A DNA stretch of 64,000 nucleotides from Octopus vulgaris (Eukaryota), in assembly GCA_951406725.2 (NCBI GenBank), contig OX597832.1, positions 19,964,001 to 20,028,000 on the forward strand. Direction: 5' to 3'. The notes under the pieces are model-generated. The model had not been told where the DNA came from and made no database searches. It was given only the letters and a program-made list of their open reading frames with translations. A program made the position numbers and the translations under genes. Shown here piece by piece: positions 29,634-42,910 of the stretch (position 1 is the stretch's first letter; the number at the start of each line of letters is the position of its first letter).

Positions 29634-29796
29634 ATATATATATATATGTATATGTAAATATATATATACATACATGCATACATACATATATATATAGATA
29701 GATATATTCCTGTGTATATAAATGATTAGGCGTACGAGTTTTTGAATGTGAGCATGATTTTAAGGGTGTCTATTAATATGGTAATATATACATATA

Positions 29797-29874
<78 letters not shown>

Positions 29875-29903
29875 AATATATATATATATATATACATACA
29901 TAT

Positions 29904-29954
<51 letters not shown>

Positions 29955-30342
29955 CATAAATATACATACACACACACACATATATGTATATACGAATTCA
30001 TCCTGTGGATTTAATTTTTTAATCGGATTTATTTTATCTGAGTTTAATAAATTTTATAAGTAATCCCAAACTGCGCAATTGTAGCAGTAATACATGTGCA
30101 ATATTCTCACACCATCTTCATAAATGTTAAAATGTATTTGATTTACATTCGCTTTATTTATTTCTCGCATGAATTTTTTGAAATTTATGATTTCAAACAA
30201 AGAAAAATATTTTATTTACTTATACCTCCTCTCTGGGTATGTGTGTGTGTGTGTGTGCGTACATACATATTCATATATGTATATACACATGTATATATAC
30301 ATGATCATGTTTATGCATGAATATATATATATATATATATCA

Positions 30343-30625
30343 TCGTGACAATGTGACCTACCAGGCTATTAGACGTTGCTACACATCGCTGATCACAATG
30401 CACTTCACATTGTTTTAACCTTCAAATGTCGCCACCACACTGGTTAAGCGGGCAGGCCAACTGATAAATGAGTGAGAGAAATTTGTGGCGAAATAGTACA
30501 TCCGGGATCGCCACCAGCCGCGGCCAGAGCCTTGTGGAGCTTTAGGTGTTTTTGCTCAATAAACACTCACAACGCCCGGTCTGGGAATCGAAACCGCGAT
30601 CCGACGACTGCGATTCCACTGCCCC
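30343..30625 (-). mobile_element. SINE family C (tRNA head), tail variant 1
   Basis: Minus strand ggatcgcggtttcgattcccagaccgggcgttgtgagtgtttattgagcaaaaacacctaaagctccac is homologous to the head at 61316-61385. Confidence 0.75.
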
Positions 30626-30967
30626 CCACACAAATGCACACACACACACATACACACATGTATATATGTATACATATATATTATGTGACATCACTGTAAT
30701 TACATGAATATGCATGTATGGAAGGACGTATATGTATCTACGCCAACATATCGACGTGCATGTGAAATTTACTTATGACCCTACTCATTATTTTGCAGGT
30801 TTGCTGATGTGGGATGTGATGAAAATGACCGAAACGAATGCGAACGCTGAAAACTTCAAAGAAGTACGAGAGCCATGTGTAGCTAACTATATACTGTACA
30901 TTATGATGGTGTGGAAACCGAAGGACTGAAGAGACGCTTGAACATTTTTCTGTAAAATTCATATATA

Positions 30968-31180
30968 TACTCTTTTTACTCTTTTACTTGTTTCAGTCAT
31001 TTGACTGCGGCCATACTGGAACACCGCCTTTAGTCGAGCAAATCGACCCCGGGAATTGTTCTTTGTAAGCCCAGTACTTATTCTATCGGTCTCTTTTACT
31101 GAACCGCTAAGTAACGGGGACATAAACACACCAGCATCGGTTGTCAAGCGATGTTGGGAGGACAAACACAGACACACAAA

Positions 31181-31214
<34 letters not shown>

Positions 31215-31377
31215 TACAACGGGCTTCTTTCAGTTTCCATCTACCAAATCCACTCACAAGGCTTTGGTCGGCCCGAGGCTATAGTAGAAGACACTTGCCC
31301 AAGGTGCCACGTAGTTGGACTGAACCCAGAACCATGTGGTCGGTAAACAAGCTACTTACCACACAGCTACTCCTACG

Positions 31378-31379
<2 letters not shown>
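30968..31379 (-). mobile_element. SINE family A, full length
   Basis: Reverse complement of the 54304 copy. Confidence 0.92.
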
Positions 31380-31450
<71 letters not shown>

Positions 31451-31667
31451 TCGGTATAAATTCATATTGTGTAATCCTTCAATGTAATGTTGAATTATGT
31501 TTATATATACCTTGACGTAAATCATATATCGAAATACATGTGTGAGTAAATGCGTGCATTTACGAATGCATATATGTGTATGTGTTTGTAACGTATTGCC
31601 AAAGAAAATGGAGGTTATTATAGATTATAGAAAATTACCAATCAGTAAGTGAAGATAAATAAAATGG

Positions 31668-31965
31668 GAGCACTTAGAGTGTACAAACCTTAGCCAAGGC
31701 AACCTTCTCGACGATTTGCCAGAAATGAATTTTAAAATGAGATTGTTTAAAATAAATTCGACTGCTCTCGCAAACGAGAATACTAAAAATGAACCCAACT
31801 GCTCTGAAAACTTAAGTAATAAAATGATAGAGAATCTTTGTTCGATACCGGATCGATCCCAAAATCTAATCAGTTCGTCCCAGCTACGAGGCCAAACATC
31901 TCTGAAAGTTTCATCCGAATCCTTCTAACAGTTCTTAGAAACAAACACGACTGAAAACGATATAT
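31668..31965. mobile_element. possible Helentron-associated (HINE-like) non-autonomous element
   Basis: Motifs gagcacttagagtgtacaaaccttagccaaggc, ccggatcgatcccaaaatctaatcagttc and gaaagtttcatccgaatcc…acaaacac recall HINE/DINE-type elements. Recognition only; single copy here. Confidence 0.45.
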
Positions 31966-32136
31966 TTGTACACAAGACCATTTCAGGATTACTATATGAA
32001 TAGCACGGAAGTACTTTGTATCTCACAATATTCCACAGATTTATAACAAAGTGACTTGCAAAACACATGTGAGCATAGGACTGATAGAAGCTAGTGATTT
32101 TATTATGTGTGCAACTGTCAACTTTGCAGTAAAACA

Positions 32137-32301
32137 GGCGCAGGAGTGGCTGTGTGGGAAGTAGCTTGCTTACAAGCCACATGGTTCCGTGTTCAGTCCT
32201 ACTGCGTGGCACCTTGGGAAAGTGTCTTCTAGTATAGCCTCAGGCCGAACAAATCCTTCTGAGTGGATTTGGTAGACGTAAACTGAAAGAAGCCCGTCGT
32301 A

Positions 32302-32339
<38 letters not shown>

Positions 32340-32567
32340 CATGTGTATATGTTTGTGTGTCTGTTTGTCCCACACCCAGAATCGCTTGATAACCGACGCC
32401 GGTGCGTTTACGTCCCCGTAACTTAGCGATTCGGCAAAAATGACTGATAGAATAAGTACTAGGCTTCCAAAGAATAAGTCCTGAGCTCGAGTTGCTCGAT
32501 TAAAGGCGGTGCTCCAGCATGGCCGCAGTCAAATGACTGAAACAAGTGTAAAAGAGTAAAAATGAGT
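32137..32567 (+). mobile_element. SINE family A, full length
   Basis: High similarity to the 54304 copy, with an AAAAGAGT-type repeated tail. Confidence 0.92.
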
Positions 32568-33044
32568 AAATCTAGTCAGTGATATCGATTAGAAAGAGGT
32601 AACTTATTATTGAACAACGAAGGACATTCTACAGATAAACATTCTCTACGTCAGTCTGTTATGTTGAATATATCCTGTTCTAACTTTAAGACGGCATGGT
32701 GCAACATACTGCAAGGCACTCTCTAACAGACCGAGCAGCAATATAGAAGCTCTCTCGGTGGATCATTAGTTAATCAGGGTAGTTGCTTCATCTGTATAAA
32801 AAAAAATATTTATATAAAGCAAAAAAAACTACAAACATAGATAGTATATACTTGCCATAGACTCTTAACGAGCAGAGCACAGAGATATTACATGAATGCA
32901 AGGGAAAAGCCTGAAGCAATAAAAGTTTAAGCACCGAGATAGACAGATTCATGGATACGTATATACGTATGCACAATATAATCGCAATCATTCAGTCGTT
33001 TCTTCAATCTCTTAGTCTTTCTCACACACAGGTACATACATACA

Positions 33045-33080
<36 letters not shown>

Positions 33081-33297
33081 TGAAAATATGAGTGTGTGTA
33101 TGTATATATGTATATATATATATGTATATATATATATATACTCACTCACATACATACACATATACATAAGACTGTCAAAACGGCTATGTGTCTGTCTGTC
33201 CTTCAGTCTATCTATCTACCTACCTGTTTATTCCACCTGTTTATATATATATATATATAATATATGTGTGTGTATCTATATATATGTATATATATAC

Positions 33298-33346
<49 letters not shown>

Positions 33347-33663
33347 CATGTATGTATGTATAAGTACGTGTATGCATGTGTATATGTGTATGTATGCATA
33401 CATATATAAATATGTCTGATTCTGCGTACTTAATGCATATAGGCTTATGGATAATTCTATTTGCACATTAAGGAAATTTATTTTTCTGACAGTTACGTAT
33501 CACATATTTATATTTGCTGTAAAAATCTTAAAATGTTGACTCGGCATTTCTTGATAGTAAAAAGCAACACGCTGAAAACTTGGCTGATATCATTGTTGAA
33601 TGATGATTCAATATGAAGAACCATAATATAATATATTATATATATATATACAACTATATATAC

Positions 33664-33744
<81 letters not shown>

Positions 33745-33822
33745 ACTATATATATTTATTTATTTATGTATGCTTATGTGCGTGTATTGGAATCTAAACA
33801 CGAATTACTTAATTTTATATAA

Positions 33823-33878
<56 letters not shown>

Positions 33879-34044
33879 CTTAATTTTTCTCATAACATAT
33901 ATTATTTATTCTTTCTTTCTAGTCATTCAACAACAGTAACTAGAACAACATCAAGAGCAAATAACTACAACAGTAATGGAATAAGAATAACATGACGATG
34001 ATAATAACTAGAAAATAATGATCATAACACTAGCAGTAGCGTTA

Positions 34045-34076
34045 TTATTATTGTTATTATTATTATTATTATTATA

Positions 34077-34153
<77 letters not shown>

Positions 34154-34183
34154 CAGCAGCAGCAGTAGTAGTAAAAGTAGTAA

Positions 34184-34235
<52 letters not shown>
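34045..34235 (+). repeat. (ATT)n-(AGT)n microsatellite
   Basis: Directly visible. Confidence 0.95.
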
Positions 34236-34236
<1 letters not shown>

Positions 34237-34700
34237 AGTTCGTAACTTTTGCCATTATTTTTCATTACTATAGTTCTTTTAGTTTATGATATTACTGTTT
34301 GTTTTTGTTGTTTTTTTCTTTGAAAACATTTTTGTAATTCTTACCTCCTTTGTTGGGTTTTTTTTTCTCTCGGCTTCTCCATTAGAAATCTTCATTGCAC
34401 ATTTCTTCCCATGCATCTAATTTTAATGTGGTTACATTCCATATATTCATTATCATTACATATGTGTATATATATATGTATATATACATATATAGATATG
34501 TATATATACATATACATATATATATATACATATACATATACATTTATATATATATATATATATATATATGTGTATATGTATATATACATATAAATGAATA
34601 TATATATGTATATATATATATGTATATATATATATGCATATATGTATAAATATGTATCCATATACATATATAGGTATATATATATATATATATATATATA

Positions 34701-34905
34701 AAGTTAATCCAAACAAGAAAACAAAAAGACAACAACGCGAGGGTGTGAAACAAATAAAGTATTATTGGGCGCTCAGGAAAAAAGGGTAGGAAGGAGGGTA
34801 TGACGTTTCGAGCGGAGCTCTTTGTCGGAAACATAGGAGAAAGAAAGATCCCGAGGTAGGAGGACAGAGGGAAAAAAATGCAAGTGGTCTTCACGAGGTC
34901 ACATA
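34701..34905 (-). mobile_element. Penelope-like terminal-repeat fragment with degenerate hammerhead
   Basis: Minus strand ttt-CCGACAA-A-gagc-tcc-gctc-GAAA-cg-TC at about 34801-34831. The end agttaatccaaac abuts (TA)n, and the same end stub recurs at about 41099. Confidence 0.6.
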
Positions 34906-35299
34906 CTGAAAAGGCGGAAGTGGTAAACAAGAGGGAGCAAGGTTTTCAAAGACAGGAGAGCGGAATCAAAGAAGGAATGGTAAACAACGGTGTGTGTATA
35001 TATATATATATACATATATATGTATATATATTTAAGTCTACATATTTGTATATATATATATTTAAATGTGTGTATGTGTGTCTGTTACTTTCTATTTCTC
35101 TTGCTGCTCCACCAACGAAATTTTACCCCATAATCCGACATTCAGCGGGTGTTGAGAGTCTATGGACCACCCGACCACTGGGAAGCGTCCATCCCACAGA
35201 ATGTGGTAATATATAACAGAGGTAACGTAACCTTCGCCTATTTTTCCCTTTCGGTCCATTTCTGGGTGAGATTAGCAACTCTATTCGTGCCCGCGTTCC

Positions 35300-36430
35300 A
35301 GTTCTTCACCTGGAGGTCCCGACCAAGAGAGATCCCAAGCAAGTTAAATGGTCTCTCCATCCAGCACCACAGAACGTTATTGTTCGGCATGAACCTGCTT
35401 CTCTAGGTGCCAGGGTGTAAACCCACTGGCCTTTTTGGTTAATTTTGGCGCCTGTCACAGCGTCGTATTCTTGTATAACAGTTCCCACTAGAACTACGTA
35501 TCCTGTTTTCGATACTATGGTAATGACGTCGTCTAAATATGTCAGCTTGGTTCCTCTACGTTCCAGTTCGCGCAGGACGTCTCTTAACATCTACAATTTC
35601 TGCTGTTGTGGCTCTAGAGCCAGTAAATACTGAAGAGACGAGAGCGGAAACACTTGATGGACTGAGCACAGGATATGTCAACTTGGTTCTTCTACGTTCC
35701 AGTTCGCGCAGGACGCCTCTTAACGTCTACAATTTCTGCTGTAGTGGCTCTAGAGCCAGTAAATACAGAAGAGACGAGAGCGGAAACACTTGATGGACTG
35801 AGCACAGGATATTCAATGATCCAGATAGGTACTACCCAGTAGATGTCACTGCATGTTGCAGCGATCCGACCACGGAAAACGGGACCGAAACTATCCGCCA
35901 TGAGAACGGCCGCAAAGTATTGGTGGTCGATTCTATCAAAGGCTTTAGATTGATCCAAATTGATGAGGGCCTCAACAATGCCAGCTTCTTTACTCACCCT
36001 ATCTATGTTGTACTGCATGAAATGGAGGTTGTGGAAAGACCTGCTTGGGATGGCACATATTTGCGCATACCAATCAGTTTTTCGGTAAGTGTTAACCTGT
36101 TTTGAAACACTTTAGCCCAAATTTCGAAGACTGCCTTCAGCAGGGTGTATGGTCCCCCTTGGTTAGGTCGTTTCTGAGCAGCTCCTCAACTCACAGAAAT
36201 AGGCGTTCCTTGTTCTGCTGCCAGTTTCGACAGTTGTATGCTAAGAGGCAGGCAAGCAAGTCTGGCATATAGAAGTGAAGTTTATAGGGCAGACTATTCA
36301 GTAAATTTAATTTGATTTGTTTTGATATTTGATTTGAGTTTGAGTGGCCTAGAAGATGCTGCAGCAATTCTTGACGTCGAAGGGATTGGCCAGAAAAATT
36401 GACCTGGATAGGTATGATGTTTCAGCCCAA
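35300..36430 (-). pseudogene. L1/Tx1-like LINE reverse transcriptase fragment
   Basis: ORF 35692-36018 ALINLDQSKAFDRIDHQY (LDxxKAFD motif) and ORF 35306-35590 TYLDDVIT…EYDAVTGAKINQK (YxDD plus GAKINxxK); frameshifted. Confidence 0.85.
35537..35812. repeat. 136-bp direct tandem duplication inside the RT relic
   Basis: atatgtcagcttgg…gagcacagg at 35537 is repeated at 35673 with few substitutions. Confidence 0.92.
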
Positions 36431-36465
36431 ACGGGTCAAATATTCTCGAAAGCATCGGTAGATAT

Positions 36466-36529
<64 letters not shown>

Positions 36530-37041
36530 CGTAAAAAAATGAATAAATATCTTGTACGGGATAATGATTTATTAGAAAGCTTTAAAAATATCATTTGTAG
36601 CTTCTTTAAATATTCATACACGAATATTGACGTCAATTCATATGTTTGTGCTTTATTAGAAGCAAATGGTTATTTAAAACAAACCTCTGAGTTTCACTTT
36701 TGAATAATAGGATGCTATGAACCTGTCTTTAAAATTCGTGAGGAAAACCATTGTAATATTTATCTAGCCAACTATCAAGTTAGCTAGTTGGCTAGCTATG
36801 TTACTTTCTGTCTATATTTCTTTCTATATCTATATCTATCTATCAATCTATGATTGTAAATATCGATATAAGTGTGTATATGTGAGTATTCGTGTGTATT
36901 TATGTGTTTGTGGGTGTCTCAAATTACAAGCATGATGAAGAAATATCTCAATAGATGAGACTAAATACAGTTGAGGATTTATGTCCTCGCTAAGTTTCGC
37001 TTTCCGCTCCTAAATATGATTAAAACTGAGAAGCACAAGTA

Positions 37042-37103
<62 letters not shown>

Positions 37104-37654
37104 AGATAGATGAAAGATAGAAGAGAGAGAGAGAGAGAGAGAGATAACGTAAAAAATTGAATAAATATCTTGTATAGATTAATGATTAGTACGTGTAGAA
37201 AGTTAACAATATTATTTTAACCTTTAATGTACTTATACACGCATATTGATGTCAATTCATATGTTTTTCTAAAAGAGGAAGAATAGTCTTCAAAATAAAT
37301 AAACAAATAAAGAGATAACAAAAAGTAAAAATATAGCAGGGAGAGAAAAAAAACTGACTTAATTCCGTTAAAACATCGCTGATATGGGAAAATTTATGAG
37401 CGACGTCTTTTGATTGCAAATCTTTCTACTTTTATTTATATCTTTGCAAATCCGTATTTTATACTATCCTTTTTTATCGGTTTTTTTCTTTAAACACCCC
37501 AAAAAGATCTACTCTCGCAGGTATACACATACGGCTCTGATACACACATACATACATACATACATACATACATACATACATACATACATACACACACATG
37601 TATATATATATACATATATATATACGTATATCTATCTATCTATCTATCAATCAA

Positions 37655-37685
<31 letters not shown>

Positions 37686-37717
37686 GTATGTATGTATGTA
37701 TACGTATATATATATAC

Positions 37718-37757
<40 letters not shown>

Positions 37758-38397
37758 ATATAAACACACACATACAGACATATGCATATATATGTGTGTG
37801 TGTGTGAATATGTGTTAGTGTATATATGTGAGTGTTTGTGTGTATGTCTATGTGTGTGTGTGTTTGCGTGTGTGTGTGTGTGTGTGAGTGTGTGTGTATG
37901 AATGTACGTTTAAATACGCCATGCATAAACGTGTAGGAAAGTATGAAATTGGCCTTTACTACTCATCGAACGAAGGGCGTGGAATTCGGTGTAAACGATT
38001 GAGAAGAGTTACTGTGTTGCTTCAATGCTATCTAAATTTGGTAATTCGCTGTATAAATCCGCTCAGTTCTCAGCATCCTATCGATATCATTTTCAGGAAG
38101 TGAGTAAACTAAATAGCAATATCGATTAATAGTGCTGATGATGTTAATAAACTGGAAGAGTCGTTAGCACGTCTGACAAAATCATTAGCGGCATTGCTTC
38201 TGGCTCATTCACGTTCCGAGTTCAGATATCACTGAAGTCATCTTTGCTTTTTCCTCCTTCTTTGATTGACAAAATAAAATAATAGTCATGAATTGACGTT
38301 AATCTTATCATTGCGGATTAACACTCCTTGTGATTAAATAGAGACGATTATCGTTGCTGATGCTAAGACAGCGATCTGGCAGAGTTTTTACCACTCC

Positions 38398-39012
38398 AAG
38401 ATGGCGAGCTGGTAGACTCGTTAGCGTGCCGGGTGATATGCTTGGCAAAATTTCGTCAGCCATTACGTTCTCTGTTCAAATTCCGCCGGGGTTGACTTTG
38501 CCTTTCATCCTTTCGGGGTCGATAAATTAAGTACCAGTTACGCACTGGAGTCGATGTAATCGACTTACTCCCTTTGTCTGTCTTTGTTTGTCCCCTGTAT
38601 GCTTAGCTCCTTGTGGGCAATAAAGAAATAAGAAACGTTACCATGCCGGGTTAAATGCTTAGCGGTATTTCGTCTGTCTTTTTGTTCTGAGTTCAAATAC
38701 CGCCGAGGTCGACTTTGCATTTTTTCCTTTGGTGATCGATAAATTAAGTAGCAGTTGCGTGCTGAGATCGATCTAATTGACTGGCCCCTCCCCAAAATTT
38801 CGGGCCTTGTGCCAAGAGGAGAAAAGATTTTTTGTTACTCCTGACAAACTGCTTAATGGCATATCTTCCGTCTTTACGTTCTGAGGTCAAATTCTGCCGT
38901 GGTCGATTTTACCTTTCACCTTTTAAGGGTCTGTTGAGTAGCTGCACGTTAAGTACTGGAATCTGTTTACACGAGTGGCTCCTTCCCTTAAAATTGTTAG
39001 CCTTGTGCCATT
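38398..39012 (+). mobile_element. SINE family B, tandem cluster of about 3 units
   Basis: Head atggcgagctggtagactcgttagcgtgccgggtga followed by repeated gttcaaattccgcc…gcctttcatcctttcggggtcgataaattaagtacc units; a more decayed copy lies upstream at about 38155. Confidence 0.85.
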
Positions 39013-39168
39013 ATTGACGATTTTTTAAGGTGCCGAAGAGGCAGTCTTTAATGCCTCCTGCAAAATGACTCGCATTAAGTCTTTCGATTCTTTATATTTT
39101 CATGTCGAATTTGGTGTGCGCGTGCGAATAACTCTCTTTCTCTCTCTCCATCTCTCTCTCTCTCTATC

Positions 39169-39207
<39 letters not shown>

Positions 39208-39260
39208 GTCTATCGAGCCAGCTTTCTGTCTATCTATCTATCTGTCTATCGAGCCAGCTT

Positions 39261-39383
<123 letters not shown>

Positions 39384-39552
39384 TTATTCATCTACCTATA
39401 GAGCCATCAATCTGTCTATATGAGGTATACATAAGTAGATATATAGATACTAACATACGGCTTAATGGCTGCGGCATTCGGCTCACAATTTTAACGCCGT
39501 TTGTTTAATTGCTGGCGGCATAAGTATATGTATTGATAGGTTTGTATTTATA

Positions 39553-40117
39553 TATTGTCCGGAAAGTTCGAGCCGATTTTTAAAGGAAAGACAAAGGTTA
39601 ATAAATACTTGCCATAACATTTTTAATCTACCAAATGTGAACCATTTTGTTGCACAATGCGTCTCCAGCTTTCCTTTAACTTGAAAATACCCTCTTCCCA
39701 GAATTAAGGTGGTTTCATGGCAAAGAATTCATCAAGGTATCTTTTTGCGTCATCCAATGAATTGAATTTTTTACCATTAAGATTATTCTGCAGAGACCCG
39801 AATAAGTGGAAATCCGAAGGAGCAATATCTTGTGAATATGGAGGGTGGGGTAACACATCCCACCCGAGCTGCAGCAATTTTTGTTTGGTTCCCAAAGCAT
39901 TATGTGCCGAAAATGAACTTTCTTATCTTCCATTTTAAAGGGTTACAGAATTAACACAGGTTATAGGAACATAAACCTTCTTCCCCGAAAAGATAGCTTA
40001 AAATGTGCCCTAAATGGAGGTGTAGTCAAATCCTATTTTATAAACTCAACCAAGTTCTAAAATAAGTCGAAAGGTAAGCTTCTATAAATCGGCATGAACT
40101 TTCCGGACAACCCAATA
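39553..40117 (-). mobile_element. internally deleted mariner (Tc1/mariner) element with TIRs
   Basis: TIRs ttgtccggaaagttcgagccgattt and aaatcggcatgaactttccggacaa. Transposase N-terminus MEDKKVHFRHIMLW is fused to C-terminal LGWDVLPHPPYSQDIAPSDFHLF (YSPDLAPSD motif). Confidence 0.92.
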
Positions 40118-40901
40118 TTTATATATGTATTTACAAATATATATAAACATGAGTTTTGTTGCTTCTCTCTCTTTTAATAGTTCATCTAATGAATTAAATA
40201 TATAAAACAATTAAGACCGAATCTTATCCAAACAAGATCAGTGTTTCGTGTAGAAATTTTCTTTACATTTGTTCCGTCACAGCAATTATGATTATAATTG
40301 TCTGACTAAGATATTTCATCTAGTTTTATTAAAGAAACATTTCTTCTCGCTATAATCCTAACTTCAATTCATAAATTACGCTTTTATGTCTATTCAACAA
40401 TTTGTGTTCCCATTCATTCAATTATTTTCAAAAGATTTCATGTTGTAATTATGTGTTTTGTCTTTGTTAAGGATCTCTTTCTTTAAACTCATTCATAGAT
40501 ATCTGTTTTTTTTTTTTATTTGCCACCCTAACCTCTGACCATTAAGAAATGAAAAAGAAAAACAAAATTAAAAATAGAATAAAAGAAAACAAGCATGTGA
40601 ATAAATTAATAAATGTTTCGCGAGGCTTTTACTTACGTGAGTATATATAATGTATGCATGTACACAGTCACTGAGGTGCATTTATCTGTCTGCTTACGTA
40701 TATGTGCACATATATGTACATGCATGTATGTATAAGTATGTGTATATATCTATATATTCAGTCAAAGACACATCCGTATGTGCGTACATACACGCATATA
40801 TATGAGTGTGCCTGTGCTTATGTATATATTTTTATATACACTTAGTTGAAGTTTTTGTGTGCGTGTGTGTATTACATAAAAATGTAGAAATATAAGTAAG
40901 A

Positions 40902-40937
<36 letters not shown>

Positions 40938-41880
40938 CAACAGTTGACCAAACACTATACGAGAGAGATTTTCTTTAAGTATTAGAAATGGTTTTTAAAA
41001 AAGTTTTTTAGCTGCTATTTCTAATGAGTTCAGTATGCGGCAAAGTAATTTATTTTACTAAGCCCTTTTATATATTGTATATATATATATATATATATAG
41101 TTAATCCAAACATATATATACACTTAGTTGATATCTCTGTGTGCGTGTGTATACATAAAAATGTAGAAATATAAGTATGTTTATATATATATGTATGTAT
41201 GTATATATGTTTGCGTGTTCTTGTGTTTCCATGTATGTCTGTGTAAGATTATCTGCTGTGTGTATATGAGAGAGTTTATCTGGTGTATGTGTGTGAGCGT
41301 CTATGTGGTGAGTGTGTGTGTGTTTGTGTGTGAGTGCGCGTTTATATCTATATAATGCGTCATGACAAGGGGACCCGATCTCCTTTGCAAAAGACGAGAC
41401 ATCGCCTTTGTCGAATAGAACACCAACCTTCAGCCAATGTTGATGGCTGACAAAACATTAAAAAGGTGACTAATCAGAGTTCTTTTATGAACAAATAGGC
41501 CCTAACTATCAAATTAAACATCCTAAAATCCCTTCCCTATTACTCCAAAACGCATCACCTAACTACTGTTTACCTTATTTGGTAATATATTCAGAGCGTC
41601 AGGCGTCACCTATGGGATATTAAAATGAACACAGATTTATGAAAGTCGGTGACAAATAAAGTATTTGCTATGAATAAACACTTGACCGTGTAGTGAAGGC
41701 GGAGGGGAATATGAAGTTGAATGGTGGAGATATTATCTCTTGTTATCTCTAAGTCTCTCTACATGGATTCTGTAGCCAGTGGATGAGTTCTTGATCTCCT
41801 TGAAAGTGTAGCTGAAATCCCCTTCAATTTCAAACTGTCGTCTTCAAATGCTTCATGCATAATAGTTATCTAACGTATAT

Positions 41881-42100
41881 TCTTTTACTCTTTTATTCTT
41901 TTACTTGTTTCAGTCAATTTGGGTGTGGCCGTGCTGGAGCACCGCCTTTAGTCGAATAAACTGACCCAGGACTTATACTTTGTAAGCATGAAATTTATTC
42001 CATCGGTCTCTTTTACCGAACTGCTACGTTTCGGGGACAAAACACACCAGTATCAGGGATGGGGGGAGGACAAACACAGAGACACACATAAATATACATA
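41881..42100 (-). mobile_element. SINE family A, 3' half
   Basis: Tail cttttacttgtttcagtca…gctggagcaccgcctttagtcga, truncated at the internal microsatellite. Confidence 0.8.
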
Positions 42101-42119
42101 AACATATATATATATACAT

Positions 42120-42189
<70 letters not shown>

Positions 42190-42193
<4 letters not shown>

Positions 42194-42432
42194 CGTATTT
42201 GAATTTGGTTTGCAAGATTCTTTATATGAGTTCGTGTGTTGAAGCATATTCTGTTGTGTCTGGGGATAGTCATTTTCTTTTTGTGCTTTATAATGTAACA
42301 CACTCACCAGTAAAATTTCCACTTATTTCTTATTTTTATCTTCCTAAAATTTTCGTTGCGTCTTGCAACCTTTTCAATAAGTTTTGAAAAGTTGCAAGAC
42401 GCAAAAAAAAATGGCTATCCCCAGACACAACA

Positions 42433-42438
<6 letters not shown>
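42190..42438. mobile_element. fold-back Penelope-like insert between (TA)n arrays
   Basis: atattctgttgtgtctggggatagtcatttt (about 42246) is inverted at 42406-42438, and ttgcgtcttgcaaccttttcaa is inverted at about 42384-42404. The short arm lacks about 80 bp. Confidence 0.7.
42343..42381 (-). ncRNA. minimal Type I hammerhead-like motif, U3:A8 core variant
   Basis: Minus strand CUUA-UUGAAAA-G-GUUGC-AAGAC-GCAAC-GAAA-AU-U-U-UAGG: 5-bp helix II, GAAA, palindromic AAUU, short helix I with one G-U pair. Confidence 0.55.
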
Positions 42439-42491
<53 letters not shown>

Positions 42492-42499
<8 letters not shown>

Positions 42500-42654
42500 A
42501 TAGAGGCATTATTACACATAAATGCCTCACGCTAAGAGGGACATAAGTCATTACTACCAAAATTTAACTAATCGTACCCAAATTTTGGTAGTAATGACTT
42601 ATGTCCCTCTTAGCGTGAGGCATTTATGTGTAATAATGCCCTCTATACAATATA
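42492..42654. repeat. near-perfect palindrome with about 74-bp arms and a 14-nt loop
   Basis: Arms 42492-42565 and 42580-42654 differ by one indel. The right arm continues about 125 bp to the next (TA)n. Confidence 0.93.
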
Positions 42655-42777
42655 AATTAATATTTTCAAAAGGAGAAAAATTATTTTCGTATTTTTTCTC
42701 TTATGAGGTTTTTCACGCTAACTACCTGATAATTTCTTGTTAAGATTCCTTATTAAGAAGTTATCCTTAATTGTCAA

Positions 42778-42808
<31 letters not shown>

Positions 42809-42819
42809 TATTTACACAT

Positions 42820-42910
42820 CCTTTATTTTCTCTCCTTGTTTCTTTTTGTGTTCGTTTCTTCTGTGGAAGAACTTAGGCTCGAAACGTTAAAGACTTTTTC
42901 ACTTCCCGGC
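42820..42910 (+). mobile_element. Penelope-like terminal-repeat fragment with degenerate hammerhead
   Basis: tt-CTGTGGA-A-gaac-ttag-gctc-GAAA-cg-TT-aaagactttttc; same family as the 2131 and 4340 copies. Confidence 0.6.
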
